From Somniosus microcephalus (Eukaryota): DNA of 64,000 nucleotides. Numbering within the stretch: position 1 is the stretch's first letter; each line of letters begins with the position of its first letter. Below, piece by piece: positions 25,501 to 40,500 of this stretch. The translations under genes and the position numbers were made by a program. The stretch is taken from positions 241,800,001 through 241,864,000 of the forward strand of contig CM126205.1 in NCBI GenBank assembly GCA_052327205.1. Reading direction: 5' to 3'. The notes below the pieces were generated by a model that made no database searches, was not told the origin of the DNA, and saw only the letters and a program-made list of their open reading frames with translations.

Positions 25501-28500
25501 ACTAGTGAGTAGAAACTGAAATTAAAAATGTAATAATGTGAATTCCCTTTAGAAAACAAATAGCATATAATATTGAATATGATATTGTTTGTGCCTAGGT
25601 CCTCCATCTCCTCCTCTTGAACTACACGTGACAGATGCAAACAGAGATCACATTTCTATTGAATGGAAACCACCAGATAAAAATGGTGGTAGCCCTATTA
25701 TTGGCTATCATATTGAAATTTGTGAAGCAGGAACAGAGAAGTGGATGAGAATTAATTCTCGCCCAGTAAAGGAATTGAAATATAAAGCAGAAGAAGGCAT
25801 TATCCCTGATAAGGAGTATATCCTGAGAGTTAGGGCTGTTAATGCCATTGGAGCAAGTGATCCATCAGAAATTTCAGAAAATGTTGTGGCAAAGGATTCT
25901 GACTGTAAGAACAGCTTTCTTTTGAAATATTACCTTTCTCAATCTGAAATTGTAGTTCTGCTATTAATAGTATTACATTTTGCATATTACTTAAAAAATA
26001 CATATTTATTTTAATAGGTAACCCAAGTATCGAAGTACAGACTCAAGATATAATTGTTGTGGAGGGTGAGAAATTGAAAATCGGTGTACCCTTTAGAGCT
26101 GTACCAGTACCAACTGTTTCATGGTATAAGAATGGAAAGGAACTGAAAGCAGATGACAGAGTGACTATGAAGAGTGATTATGCTAGTGCATCCCTTGAGA
26201 TTACCAACAGTGTTCATGCTGATGCTGGTGTCTACACTATTACTTTGGAGAACAAACTGGGTTCAACGACAGGCACCATTAATGTTAAAGTCATAGGTAA
26301 TATTTTGAAAAGAAATGGAGGCGGATTTCTTTAATGTAATTAATTTCTTGTCTGAAAAAATAGTTTATTTTCAGTTTGAAATAACATGCTTTCATTTGTT
26401 TTAATTAAGGATTGCCTGGTCAGTGTAAAGATATCAGAGCAAGTGACGTCACCAAAAGTTCTTGCAAGGTAACCTGGGATCCTCCTGAGTATGATGGCGG
26501 CAGCCCAATTCTGCATTATGTTCTTCAACGTCGGGAGTCTGGTAGAAGAACATATACACCAGTAATGTCTGGTGAGAATAAACTGAGCTGGCCAGTAAAA
26601 GATCTTATTCCAAATAGTGAATACTATTTCCGTGTAAAGGCTGTTAACAAAATTGGTGGTGGTGAATACACTGAGCTTCGCAACCCAGTTATCGCAGAGG
26701 ATCAAAAGCGTAAGTATTTCGGGGGGAAAAAAAATCACCAAATGATATATATCTACTTAGCATGTAATCATTGTAATATTTGGAATACTATTAAATTTAT
26801 GTTTTAAATTTTCCTTCAGAACGCCCTGATCCGCCAATTGATCTTGAGGTCCAGGATCCAACGTCAAAATCAGCAACACTCACATGGAAACCACCTCTTT
26901 ATGATGGTGGCTGTAAGATCATGGGCTATATCATAGAAAAGATAGCTAAAGGAAGTGACAAATGGGAGAGATGCAATGAATACTTGGTTCCTGTTCTGTC
27001 TTATACTGTAAAGAATCTTGAGGAAGGAACTGAATACCAGTTCCGTGCACGTGCTGAGAATGTTGCTGGAGTTAGTGATCCTTCAAGAATAACTCCAGGA
27101 GTCAAAGCTTTAGACCCAGTTGGTGAGTATTCTTTTTCATGTGAAACTCAGAAAAATTATTAAACAGGTCAAAACTTGATTCCTTCATTTTTATAAATTA
27201 CCAGCTGAGGAAACAATTTACAACAGTTTCAAGGTTGAACAGTTCAGTAATAATAAATAAGTTTTATTTACAATTACTCTGCTTTTCTGTACAGATCCAC
27301 CCAAGGTCTTCCTCATTGGAAATCTTCAGTATGGATTAAATGTCAGAAGGGGTGATGAGATTGATCTTCTAGCCCGTATTTCTGGTTCTCCTTATCCAAC
27401 TGTGACATGGCTTCGAAACGATGAAGTAATCAGACCTGAAGAAATCAAAAAGAGAGTAGTAAAAATAGTACCAGTTCAGAAGAAGGAAGTTGTAGTGGAG
27501 GAGCCTTTCTATCTCAGTTTACCAGAACGTTTAACTCTTGACAACAGCAGAACAGGAGAGTCCCAAATTATGGTTCGGGATTCCATCAGAAGAGACTATG
27601 GAAAATTTACCATCAAAGTAGAAAATGATCATGGTGTTGCCCATGCAAGTTGTGAAGTAGCTGTCCTAGGTAAGATTCTTTCATAGATGTTACAATAATA
27701 TTTTTATAAGAAGCTGCTAAAATACAAATATTTACAGTTGTTACGATTAACATCATTTATGAATTTTTTATTCGGCATTCCAGACACACCTGGCCCACCT
27801 ATCAACTTCATATTTGAGGAAGTCAGAAAAGATTCTGTCATCTGTAAGTGGGATCCTCCTTTGGACAATGGTGGTAGTGAGATTCTTAACTATGTCTTGG
27901 AGAAGAAAGATAATTCCAAAGCTGAAATCAGCTGGATTACTGTAACAACAACTCTTAGACATTGCAAATATCATGTGACTAAACTTATTGAAGGAAAAGA
28001 ATACATTTTCCGTGTGGTAGCAGAAAATAAATTTGGTCCTGGGCCATCATGTGTCTCACAGCCACTCACTGCCAAAAATCCATTTGGTAAGCTTTTACTT
28101 TTCTTTCTCAAAATCACCATCATATATGATACACCAGTTAAATGTTGCGTTAAAATTTTATTTGTCACCAACATTGTTTATAGAATTACCTCAGTGATAT
28201 AACATAGCTTCCAACTTTTTCTAACAATGTTATTTGATATTGGTTTGTTGTTACCAGTATTGCAATTTACTTATCCTTGTCATTCCTGATTTAGATCCTC
28301 CTGATGCACCTGATAAACCTGAAGTGGAGGATGTTACTAGCAATAGTATGGTTGTTACATGGAAAGAACCAAAAGACAACGGTAGCCCTATTTTAGGCTA
28401 CTGGATTGAAAAAAAGGAAATTAACAGCACGCACTGGACTCGAGTTAATAGAAACTCACTAAATGCTCTAGAAACACGGGTTGAAGGACTCATGGAGGGA

Positions 28501-31500
28501 TTAACATATATATTCAGAGTCTGTGCAGAAAATGCAGCTGGTCCTGGAAAATTCAGTTTACCTTCGGAACCCAAGACAGCACGGGACCCAATTTGTAAGT
28601 ACTGGCTTAACAGTAGCTGCTAAACTAAAAAGCACAAAAATTTTATGCACCTCTTATTCATTTTACAATTAATATATATTTTTTTCTGTTTAAGTGCCAC
28701 CTGGGCCACCAATACCAAGAATCCATGACACATCTGCAACATCAATAGATGTAGAGTGGGATCCTCCTATCTACGATGGTGGCGGTGACATCACTGGTTA
28801 TCATGTTGACAAGCAACTTGTAGGATCAAAGGAATGGTCACGCTGCACAGAAAGACTAGCTAAAGAGTGCAAGTTCACAGTCTTTGGGGTTAGAGAAGAT
28901 GCAGATTATATAATTCGTGTGGTGGCAGTCAATAATGCTGGAGAAGGAGCTCCTGGTCTGACACAAGCTGTAACCGTAAGGGAACCAAAAGGTATTAAGA
29001 ATTATGCAATTACTTCGTAATAGGTTTATATTTTTTGATTTTCTTTCTGTTTTTATTTATAAAAACACATCTTGTTTTACAGAGCCTCCAGTAGTAGAAC
29101 TTGATGTCAGTGTAAGAGCAGGTATTCTAAAACAAGCTGGAGAAACCATTAGACTTCCTGCCACTGTAACAGGCCGACCAACTCCAGAAATTAAATGGAT
29201 CAAGGAAGAAGGAAAACTTGATGAAAATCTTGTTGTTATCGAAACAGTTGGTACTAAGACAGAGTTAATTATAAAGAATTCACAAAGAAGCGATTTTGGC
29301 AGATACATAGTCACTGGTACAAATAGCAGCGGCTCCAAATCTGCATGGACCCGAGTGGGTATCGTAGGTAAGACACATACTAAAGAAACAAAAGTAAAAT
29401 AGGTTGGTGTTCTACATCAGTATCTTGGTTAAATCTAAATGGTATGTACCACCTTTTCTTTCAGATGTGCCCGGCCCTATACTGGATCTAAAACCTGTAG
29501 TTGTTACAAGAAAGATGATATTACTTAACTGGTCTGAACCCACAGATGATGGTGGTAGTGATATCACTGGCTATGTTGTTGAGAAAAAGGATGTTAAAAT
29601 GCATTCCTGGAGACAACCAATGGAGACAGAAAAATCCAAATGTGACATTGTTGGTCTTCTTGAAGGACAGGAATACATGTTCCGTATTTGTGCTCAAAAT
29701 AAGTATGGCTGTGGTCCTTCTGTTGAACTTGGACCTATAGCTGCAGTTGATCCCCTAGGTAAGATATAAGGAAAACAGGGGAATTAAATCATTTCTGTTC
29801 ATATATGTTACAGATGTTTAAATTGAAAATGTATTTTAATTGTAGGTCCACCAACTTCGCCTGAGAAGTTTACATATACAGAGAGAACAAAGTCAACAGT
29901 CACACTTAATTGGAAACCTCCACGAAATGATGGTGGTCGTCCCATTTTAGGATACATTGTTGAAAAGAAAAGACATGACCAGCCTGAATTTGAGAGAGTT
30001 AACCAACGGGTTTGTCCAGATACAACTTTTGTGGTTGAGGATCTACAAGACCTACACATGCATGACTTCCGTGTCAGAGCTGTCAATGAAATTGGAGAAA
30101 GTGAACCATCAATTACTATTAATGTAATAGTACAAGATGATGAAGGTACATGCAGTCAGTAGTTATGTCCTGTGCTATTGACCTGTAACTAACTTATCAT
30201 GTTGAAAATATAAGTATAATTTTTTCAAATTTCCATATATTTTTCTTTAACATTTTTGTTCTTGTTTGATTTGCTTATTTTCCTAACAGTGCCTCCAACT
30301 GTGAAACTGCTGCTGAAAGTTAAGAAAGATGTTATAGCTGTTAAAGTTGGTGAACCAATTGAAATTCCAGCTGAGGTGGAAGGCCTCCCTTTTCCCAAAA
30401 TTCAGTGGAGTAAAGGAGAGACTGTAGTGGAAAAATCAACTGACCGACAGAAGATAGATACTGAAGTAGTATCAAGAACTAATGCAATGACGAAGTTTAG
30501 TATTCCTGCAACTGTTAGAAAGGACACAGATACTTACACTATTACTGTTTCAAACCGCCTAGGGTCAGCCTCCCAGTCTGTGAATGTTAATATTCTAGGT
30601 AAGAAAACAAAACAATTACAACAAAGAATTTGAGAAAATGTTATGAGGCTTGTATAATAAATTCGCGAAAAGTGACTCTTTTGTTTAAATATTGATTTAA
30701 TTTGCAATTTTTTAACTTCAGATAAACCTTCACCACCAAGAAACCTTAAAGTTTCTGATATCAAAGCTGAATCCTGCTATCTGACTTGGGATGCCCCTGA
30801 GGACAATGGTGGCAGTGAAATAACTAACTATATTGTTGACAAGCGTGATGCAAGCAAGAAGAAATCTGAATGGGAGGAGATCACAAACTTTATTATTGAA
30901 AGACGATATGGCGTAATGTTTCCTTTTCATATTATTGCATTAGGTTTATGTTTTCAACAGCTTCTTACTACAGTTTAACAAATTGTGTAACCAAAGTTTT
31001 CTTCTTTTTAGGTATGGAAACTGACAACTGATGGAGAATATCAATTTAGAGTTAGAGCAGAGAACAAGTATGGAATTAGCGATGGCTGTATGTCTGAAAA
31101 AGTGACAATCAAAGACCCATTCGGCCTCCCAGGACCACCAAGTAAACCAATAGTGTCTGATGTTTCAAGGTCTTCTATGCTTGTATCTTGGGACCCTCCA
31201 TTGGACAATGGTGGTGCTACAATCACAGGTTACTATATAGAGAAGAGAGAAGTGGGTGGTGTGTATTGGACACGCATCAACAGAGCTCCACTGACAAAGC
31301 CAGCTGTAAAAGGTCTAAACTTCACTGTCCTCCGCTTGATAGAAGGTGTTGAGTATCAGTTCAGAGTCATGGCTGTAAATGCTGCTGGAGCTGGACCTCC
31401 TAGTGAACCTTCTGATCCTGTTTTGGCAGCTGATCCTATAAGTAAGTTTCAGTAAATCCATAGATATCAGTTAGATATTTCTGCTTCTTAGTTGAAGAAA

Positions 31501-34500
31501 CAATAGTTGATTAAAACTTTTATTAAGATAAAACTTTCCTAAAATAATCCACATACAATCATAAATGTGATAGTAATACTTGAATTAATGTAAGCAAGAT
31601 CAGGTCATTGTAAAATATATTTTATTTTTTATTACTCTTAAAGCAAACCAATAGTATTGAGACATATTTAAACATACTGCAAAAATGGGGGAAATCAACA
31701 TAAGTATGAAAAGTTGTTCTTTTTCCCCCCAAGATCCACCAGGTGCTCCATCCTGTCCTGCAGTCACTGACAAAGCTAAGAATACAATATCACTTGCATG
31801 GAAACGCCCAGAAAAAGATGGTCATAGCCCAATCAAAGGTTATATTATTGAGATGCAGGAAGAGGGCTCATCTGATTGGACAAGAGCATCAGAGCCAGAT
31901 AAACTAGTTCCGAACTGTGAATATGTGGTGCCCAACTTACAGGCACTCAAGAAGTACAGGTTCCGGGTTAAAGCTGTTAATGCTGCAGGAGAATCTGAAC
32001 CAAGTTTATCAACTTCAGAAATAATTATGAAGGAAATTCTAGGTAAGTACCTCTAGATTTAGTACTTTAGAGTATTAGAACATGCTTCTTACAGGTTATA
32101 ATCAACATATTTTTCTTCATAATTTACAGAGGAACCAGATATTACATTGGAACTTGGTGCACAAGATTTCCTCAATTGCCATGCCGGTGCACCTTTGAGA
32201 ATTCCAGCGATTGTAACAGGCCGTCCTTTTCCAAAGATTAATTGGGAGTTTGAAGGACAAGCTAAGACAGTGATAAAGGTATGAAATATTTTAATTATAT
32301 GTAGGTATGTATAGTCACACCTCTGTCCCCAGGAAGGAATCCTCAAAGCCATCCCAATTCAATTGGGCATGTGGGATTCAGGATGACCACACTTGCTTGG
32401 GTGTGCTCTAGGGAGTTACTATAGTGAAGTTAATTTGCCAGCTGTGATAAGACTGAACAACATACCCTGACAATCAAGGGACTATATACATTTTGTTTGC
32501 TGTTTCCTGATAATATAAATTAGTTGTCTTTTGTTGCTGAGGCTGGTGTAGCTGATTTGGACTTTTGTTTCATATGGCTTGTACTTTTAATAATAATAAT
32601 TAATAATTCAACTTTATTGTCATTGTACAATGCACAACAAAATGTGATCCTGCAAGCTCCCATGAGTCCAGTACAAATAACATTAACATTAAATGTAAAT
32701 AGCACCATCCTGGGAGAAGCAAAGCCGCTGCATCTGTGCGCGCCGCCATTCCATTTCCACCATTCCTCCTGTCCGACAATCTTCAGCCCAACGCCCGGGC
32801 CTGCTCACCAGCCGTCCCTCCCGGGGCTCCTTCCGTGACCTTCTCACCAACCGCCCCTCCTCGGGGCTCCTTCCGTGACCTTCTGCACCTGGTCTTCCCT
32901 GATGGTCAACCCTCCAGGCACTAACCAGGCCTGGCTCTGCTTAGCTTCCAAACCTTGCCAGTTGTTGGGGACAGAAAGAGCCACTCTCAGCTGATCCTCT
33001 CTACCTACTTGATACCTCCTTGTGAAATGTTTTGTCCACTTAATCCCTATCAAAGTGTGAAGAACTTGCCACAGTTTGTATAAAACCTTGGCTGCTCTAT
33101 GACCTGTAAAGAACGCCCAGGGGTAGATTTCAATCTTTACCACCACAGTGTAAAGAATCATTTGGGCAGAGGGCAGAAAGGTAAGTCTGATGGGGAAGAT
33201 CACATATGCATGATGCAGCCTGCTTGATTTTTCTTCCAATTAATTCCACTCAATTTCCCTCCCCCCACCCCAATTTTAAAATATTTCTGATATCAGAGGT
33301 GATTAAATACATTCACAATTAGCAGAAAATAAGGGATATTACTCCAATTATTTAAAGTGTGCTGAAGAAATTAGGACTCCATGGCATATGGAATCTTAGG
33401 AAACTAAACCAATCCCTAAACAAAAAATCTCAAGATGTTCACCCTATGTCATTTCATCCAGACAGTATGCTTTACTTTAGCCCTTGACTGATGTCCAAGG
33501 TGTTCACCATGTACCTTTCAGTAGTTGCTGCACCAATAATGATGCAGCATCTCCACGTGTACTGGTTAATCAAGGTTCTTAGCTGGTACTCTGCCAGGCA
33601 GACAGCTCAAAAGTGCTCACTTCCAGGAATTGGGCTTCACATTTAAACATCTAAAATCCCAACTTGTTCCCATAACAGAAGCTGATATTTTTCAGGAGCA
33701 TCTCTGCATAGTTCAATAGAAAGTGTTCTTACTCTTAGAGCAGATCACAGTGCTCTGCGATATTATCTCCTCACCTCCTTCCTGGATGGATCTATCATAG
33801 TAGAAGTTTATTTGTTGGTACTTGATCTTATGCTTGCAAAAGACTCAGGTCCTAAATTAGCAATCTCACTGACCAGTGAGATCACGGGATGGCTGGTGTG
33901 GGAAAAGGAAATATATCACACTGATGTGGTAGGGGACTCTCTAATACACTCTAAATTTCTGCAGTAAGTAGTCGCCCTACAATATTCCCATGCCCCATCC
34001 AATGCAAATAAGTTCAGGATCTCCTACTTTGGGATCAAAATAGCAATATCTTATAAGGGTGTTCTCCTACATCTAGCTGTCCTGCAAATAGACCCGTTTA
34101 AGTCTGGGGAGCACATCTTTAAGAGAAGTGGGCGCAGAGCAACAGTATGAAGGAACAGTCCACATGGCACATCAACCACTAGCATTTACAAGCATTGGGG
34201 TGCTGCATTTAGTTACTAGATCAAGGCAGAATGGTAAATCAACAATATTGCCAAAGTCATTCTGATAAGCCCATAATGGATGAACTAGCTGCAATTTGAG
34301 GGCATAGAGGGTACCAATGTAATATCTTTGTTACATCAGTAAACAGCACACAATGCTACCGTGCCATGTTGATTATTTACTGGGTATCTTCAAAACACCA
34401 TCTAGCTGGGTGCACTAAGGCACCTCACAGTTCATTGACATGAAAAGAAGATTTGTATGGATCTTCAAGGTATGGCATTGGGTGTCAATAGGCTTGTGTG

Positions 34501-37500
34501 CATTTGCAGAAAATGATCAATTCCCTTATTTCTACTCCAGAAGAGGTAATTGGACAGCTTCTCCTTTTCCTGAACACTAAAGTTTTTGTGTGCATTACCT
34601 CTACTTCCCTCTGTCCCCAGGGTACTACAGAAAGCCTATTCAGAAAAAGCAAAAATTAGTCTGATAACCTAATAATCCCCTCCCCCCCCCCCCCCGAGCC
34701 TCGATGACTCTCCCCCCCCCCCCCCCCACAGCCTTTCTGATCTCCCCCTGGCCCTTCTGAACTCACCCTGGCCTTTCCGATCTCCCTCCCCCTCCCCCCA
34801 CCAACCTTTCCAATCCCTCCCTCCTTCCTCCACGCTCCCCATTGTGGCCTGCTGCCAAAGGCCTACCCACCTGCCAGCCTGTCAATCTGTCTGGCTGCTG
34901 CCGGGAAACAGAAACAAAAAATGTCAATCAGGTCCTGCCGTTAAATTCAGCTGGACCTGAGGGAAACCCTTTCTTCCGGGTTTCCCAAACGCAAAACAAC
35001 TCCTTGCCTCCCACTCCCCGTAAAAATGGTTAAAGCTCCTCAGCAGGGGTGTATTCATTTTAGTGTGATATTGGCTCTACAGTATATGAAGGATGTCTAA
35101 TTAAAGAAGGGTGGTCTTCTTTCTTTAAATCATAGGTATCTTTCACAAACTATGACCCCTCCCAGCTATTGCCTCCGACATGCTGGGCTTGCTTTTTTGA
35201 TCTGGCTGGGTATTTTCTTGTTTGAAGTTGGTTTAGATCAGCTTCAGGTCAAAATGAAATGGCACCATCATGTAGGCTCTGGGTGAAGATCACATTTGGC
35301 ACCATCCAGTATGTCATCATGACAAAAATAATAGGGGGAAGGTTAACATGAAATCTTCTCTACAACAAATCAATCATCAATAATCACAGATTTCTTCTTA
35401 AAAAAAAAATAAAAATAAAGATTAAACTGATTTTGTAACCTTTGATATTTTACTATTTTGTTTAGGATGATGGACATAATCTACCAGCTGATGCCCAGGT
35501 AATAATGTGGTTAATGATTCATTTACAGTATCATGTTTGAAATTTTGGAATGTAGAAATGGAATTTGCATTTTAGTTACTGATTTATTATTCATCTTTTT
35601 GTCTTTTGTAGGTCGAAAGTAAAGAAACAAAGACAATTGTGGTTGTTCCAGAATGTAACAGAAGCCATTCTGGTCGATATAGTATTACTGCTAAGAACAA
35701 GGCTGGACAGAAGACAGTACATGTCAGAGTAAATGTTCTTGGTATGTAATTGTTTTATTGAATTATATTTGAAATAGAATGAATTGTATTAGTTTAATGT
35801 GATTATTAAATGAAATATCTTGTGTGTGTTTCAGATATGCCAGGACCACCAAAAGATCTCAGAGTAAGTGAAATTACAAGGAGTACCTGCAAACTTTCAT
35901 GGAAGCCCCCAGATAATGATGGTGGAGATAGAATTAAATGCTACATTGTGGAGAAAAAGACTGTAGAAGGAAAGGCTTGGGTAAAAGCTAATGCTTCATG
36001 TGCAGGCACATCATATGTTGTGCCTGATCTTATTGAAGGGCAGGAGTACTTCTTCCGTGTCCGGGCAGAAAACCGATTTGGCATTGGTGCACCAGTAGAA
36101 ACCATTCAGAGGACCAGGGCTAGAGATCCAATTCGTAAGTTTATAGTTTTAGAAACATATACTAGTCTAGTTCAGATATCAGTATAATTCATTTTAGTGG
36201 TTCTGCTTTTTGTTAATTTTTTTTTTGATGAATGCACTTTTACATTTCAGATCCCCCTGAGCCTCCAACAAAACTCAAAATTGTTTTGGCTACTAAGAAT
36301 TCTGTTTCGCTTACTTGGAGGCCACCAAAGAAAGACGGAGGGGCTCCAGTAACACATTACATTATTGAATGTCTTGCCTTGGATCCTACTGGACAAAAGA
36401 AGGAATCCTGGAAGCAGTGCAACAGACGTGATGTGGAAGAAACCAAGTTTACAGTAGAAGATCTTAATGAGGGTGGAGAGTATGAATTCCGTGTAAAAGC
36501 TGTTAATGAAGCTGGCACTAGTAAACCATGTTACCCTGTTGGACCTATTATTGTGATAGATCAAACATGTAAGTACTGACACAATTATGTCATACTGTAC
36601 CAATGTCAATATAGAAAACACAAGATTTAAACCTACCTAAAATGTACTAAATATTCCCATGTCTAGGTGCACCTGCAATTGACCTTAAAGAATTCTTAGA
36701 GGCAGAACAACATACAGACATCAGCATTATAGCTAAAGTCAAGGGCACACCATTCCCAACTTTGACATGGTACAAAGCACCTGCCCAGAAACCAGAAGAA
36801 AAATCTAAAGTAGAATATGATCAGCATGTCAACAAAATTGTGACTGAGGATGGTTGCACTCTACTAATTCATCAGTCTCTCCGAAAGGACACTGGTCTTT
36901 ATACCCTCACTGCTACGAACAATTACGGAACTGCTTCCAAGGAAATGAGACTCAATGTTCTTGGTAATCTTTTTTATAACTTATCTCTTTAAATTTCTAG
37001 TTTTGGTAATGCAATAATAAGTCCATTCCTATCATTTACTATAACGAGTGTATTTGAGAATATTCATATTTTTGACTTTGTTCTAATAGGTTGTCCTGGT
37101 CCTCCAGTTGGTCCTATTAAGTTTGAAGGAATTAGTGCTGAGAACGTGACCCTATCATGGCTACCTCCAAAAGATGATGGTGGCTCCAAGATCACCAACT
37201 ATGTTGTTGAAAAGAGAGAAGCAAGTAGGAAGTCTTGGATTCAGGTTACCACTGATGTTAAAGAGTGTATTTGCGCAGTACCCAAGTTACTGGAAGGACA
37301 TGAATATGTATTCCGCATCATGGCTCAGAATAAATATGGTATCGGTGAACCTCTTGACAGTGAACCAGAGACAGCAAGAAACCTGTTTAGTATGTATTGA
37401 AATAAATTTCCTTCAGATATTCTATATTTTGATATTGCCAGCTTTAGAGATGCATCCATAAATACAGTTCAATTCTATATATTTAATAATGGCTAGCAAA

Positions 37501-40500
37501 ATTGTTTATCTTGAATTCTAAGTTCAGACTGTTGATTGTTTAACAAAATACTTGAGTTAAAATACATACCAGTAATTGTACAGGCTTTATAATTCTCTGC
37601 ATTCACTAACAAAAGTGATTTAAATTTTGTGCTGGAGTTGTCCAAGAGTTTTTGGAACTATACTCAAGTTAACTTCTGTTGTAGATTCAGAAAATACCAA
37701 TAAAATGTATATTTTTTTACAGCTGTACCTGGAGCTTGCGACAAACCAACTATAAGTAGTGTGACCCGCGATGGTATGATAGTCAACTGGGAAGAGCCAG
37801 AATATGATGGCGGCTCTCCAGTAACTGGCTACTGGTTAGAGCGTAAAGAGACCACTGGGAAGAGATGGAATAGAATAAATCGTGATCCAATTAGGATTAT
37901 GCCACTTGGAGTCTCCTATCACGTAACTGGCCTTATTGAAGGCTCAGATTATCAATTCCGTGTGTTCGCCATCAATGCAGCAGGCGTTGGACCCCCAAGC
38001 ATGCCTTCTGACCCAGTAATAGCAAGAGATCCTATAGGTGGGTATATTGGTGCACTGGTGCAGCTATTTACACATTCCTAGGGACCAGCTATCCTAACTT
38101 CCGGCAATGTCATCTATCCATAAGGAAAACAATGCGATATTGCAAACAATATTTTTTATTACTATTTTAGCAACAGAAACAACATGCGAGTAAGTCAACA
38201 AATACAGAAATCTGATGACCGCATTCCCTCGTGAACCCCCTAGATGCCAGTTTGAAAACCTATGCTTTATCACAGAATCACAGAAACCCCACAGTGCAGA
38301 TAGAGGCCATTTCGGCCCATCGAGCCTGCACCGACACATATCCCACCCGATCCCCGTAATCCCTACACCAACACATATCCCACCCTATCCCCGTAACCCC
38401 ACGTATTTAATCCCCCTAACACTAAGGGTCAATTTATCATAGCCAATCAACCTAACCCGCACATCTTTGGACTGTGGGAGGAAACCGGAGCACCCGGAGG
38501 AAACCCATGCAAACACGGGGAGAATGTGCAAACTCCACACAGACAGTCGCCCGAGGCCGGATTCAAACCCGGGTCCCTGGCGCTGTGAGGCAACAGTGCT
38601 AACCACTATGCCACCGTGCTGCCCATAGATTAACAACATGGTGTTGATAGCTTGTACTGAATATTTCCTTTTTTTTAACAGCACCACCTGGTCCTCCATT
38701 TCCTAAGGTGACAGACTGGACTAAGTCAACTGTAGATCTTGAATGGGCTCCACCAACAAAAGATGGTGGATCCAGAATTACTGGCTATTTTGTTGAATTT
38801 AAGGAGGAAGGAAAGGAAGAGTGGGAGAAGGTAAATGCATCAATAATGATTTTATATATTTTACATATAGGGGCTGATTTTCCAGTACCTCCCCACTGCC
38901 TTTGCCAGGCGCTGGTTCGGCAGAGCATACCTGGAGGGCAGTCTGCCTGTCCAGACCTCAGAGTGCCCAAATTTGGTGGGCCAAGTCATTAAAATGGCTC
39001 AGTCGCACCCTCGTTACTGCTTCACCCCTTAGCATGGCTTTAAAACGAGGGTAAAAACGAAAGCACAGCTGGAGCCTCTCGGACCTGCAGTGGCAGTACT
39101 GGCTATTAACCTCAGGCCTTACTGGCTACTGTTGGAGAACAGCAGCTACAAGGCCTCCAGGTCCAAAGTTCTGAAGGGACCCTGCAACAAAAAGGTCTAT
39201 CTCCATTTTGGGCCGCCTTCACTTTGTCACCTGACTCCCTCAGACCCTCCTATATGAGAAGACCCAGACTCGAGGCCCACCGCCAGCATCTCCGGCTGCC
39301 CCTGCATTTAGGCCCTCTTGCAGAGCAATGACAGGAAAATGTCCAGGATCGCAAACTTCAGCAACTCTTGAACACCAACGCCCCTCCAGAACCTTCTTCT
39401 CCTTCACTTTCCTCTGACCCCCCTTCTCCCAATCTCACCCCCTGCCGCGTCTTCACTATCCCCTCTGACTTTCCCCTCTCTGACCCTGAACGATCAGTCC
39501 TCAGCAAAGGCCTGAGCTTCACCCCCTTAAGCCCCCACCTCAATGAATTTCGAGCTCGGCACGATGTTGAGCTCTTTTTCCGCCGCCTTCGTCTCCGTGC
39601 CCACTTCTCTGGCCAGGATTCTTCCCCCCGCACGGCTGACCCTTTCTCCCGCTTTCAGAATTCCCGTTCTACCTGGACCCCTCCCCCTGGCCTCTTACCC
39701 TCTCTAGATTTTTTCATCACTAACTGCCGCCGTGACATCGGCCGTCTCAATTTCTCTGCTCCCCTCACTCACTCCAGCCTACCTCCCTCTGAACTTGCAG
39801 CACTCCATTCTCTTAGATCCAACCCTGACATTGTCATTAAACCTGCTGACAAGGGTGGTGCTGTTGTTGTTTGGCGCACCGACCTCTACCTAGCGGAAGC
39901 TGAACGTCAACTCTCCGACACCTCCTCCTACCTCCACCTGGACCATGACCCCACTACCGAACATCAAACCACCGTTTCCAAGACTGCCACTGACCTCATC
40001 TCCTCTGGCGATCTTCCCCCCGCGGCCACCAATCTCATAGTTCCCCAACCCCGCACAGCCCGCTTCTACATCCTTCCCAAGATCCACAAACAGGACTGCC
40101 CTGGTTGACCCATCGTTTCAGCCTGTTCTTGCCCCTTATCTCTTCCTATTTCGACTCTATCTTTTCTCCCCTTGTCCAGTCTCTTCCCACCTACATCCGT
40201 GACTCTTCGGACACCCTCCGCCACTTTAACAGTTTCCAGTTTCCTGGCCCCAACCGCCTCCTTTTCACCATGGACGTACAATCCCTCTACACCTCCATCC
40301 CCCACCAGGATGGCCTGAAGGCGCTCCGCTTCTTCTTTGAACAGACGCCCGACCAGTCCCCATCCACCACTACCCTCCTCCACCTGGCTGAACTTGTTCT
40401 CACATTGAACAACTTCTCCTTTGACTCCACTCATTTCCTCCAAATCAAAGGTGTTGCTATGGGTACCCGCATAGGTCCTAGCTATGCCTGCCTTTTTGTG

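Noticed and set aside
32879-32949. Functional 5S rRNA gene
   Set aside because: The 5' ~45 nt are missing, box C is degenerate, and there is no T-run terminator.
33400-34620. Possible decayed DDE transposase ([10 protein letters not shown] resembles HVER.IG..K)
   Set aside because: A single weak motif with no continuous frame; it needs a translated HMM search to support.
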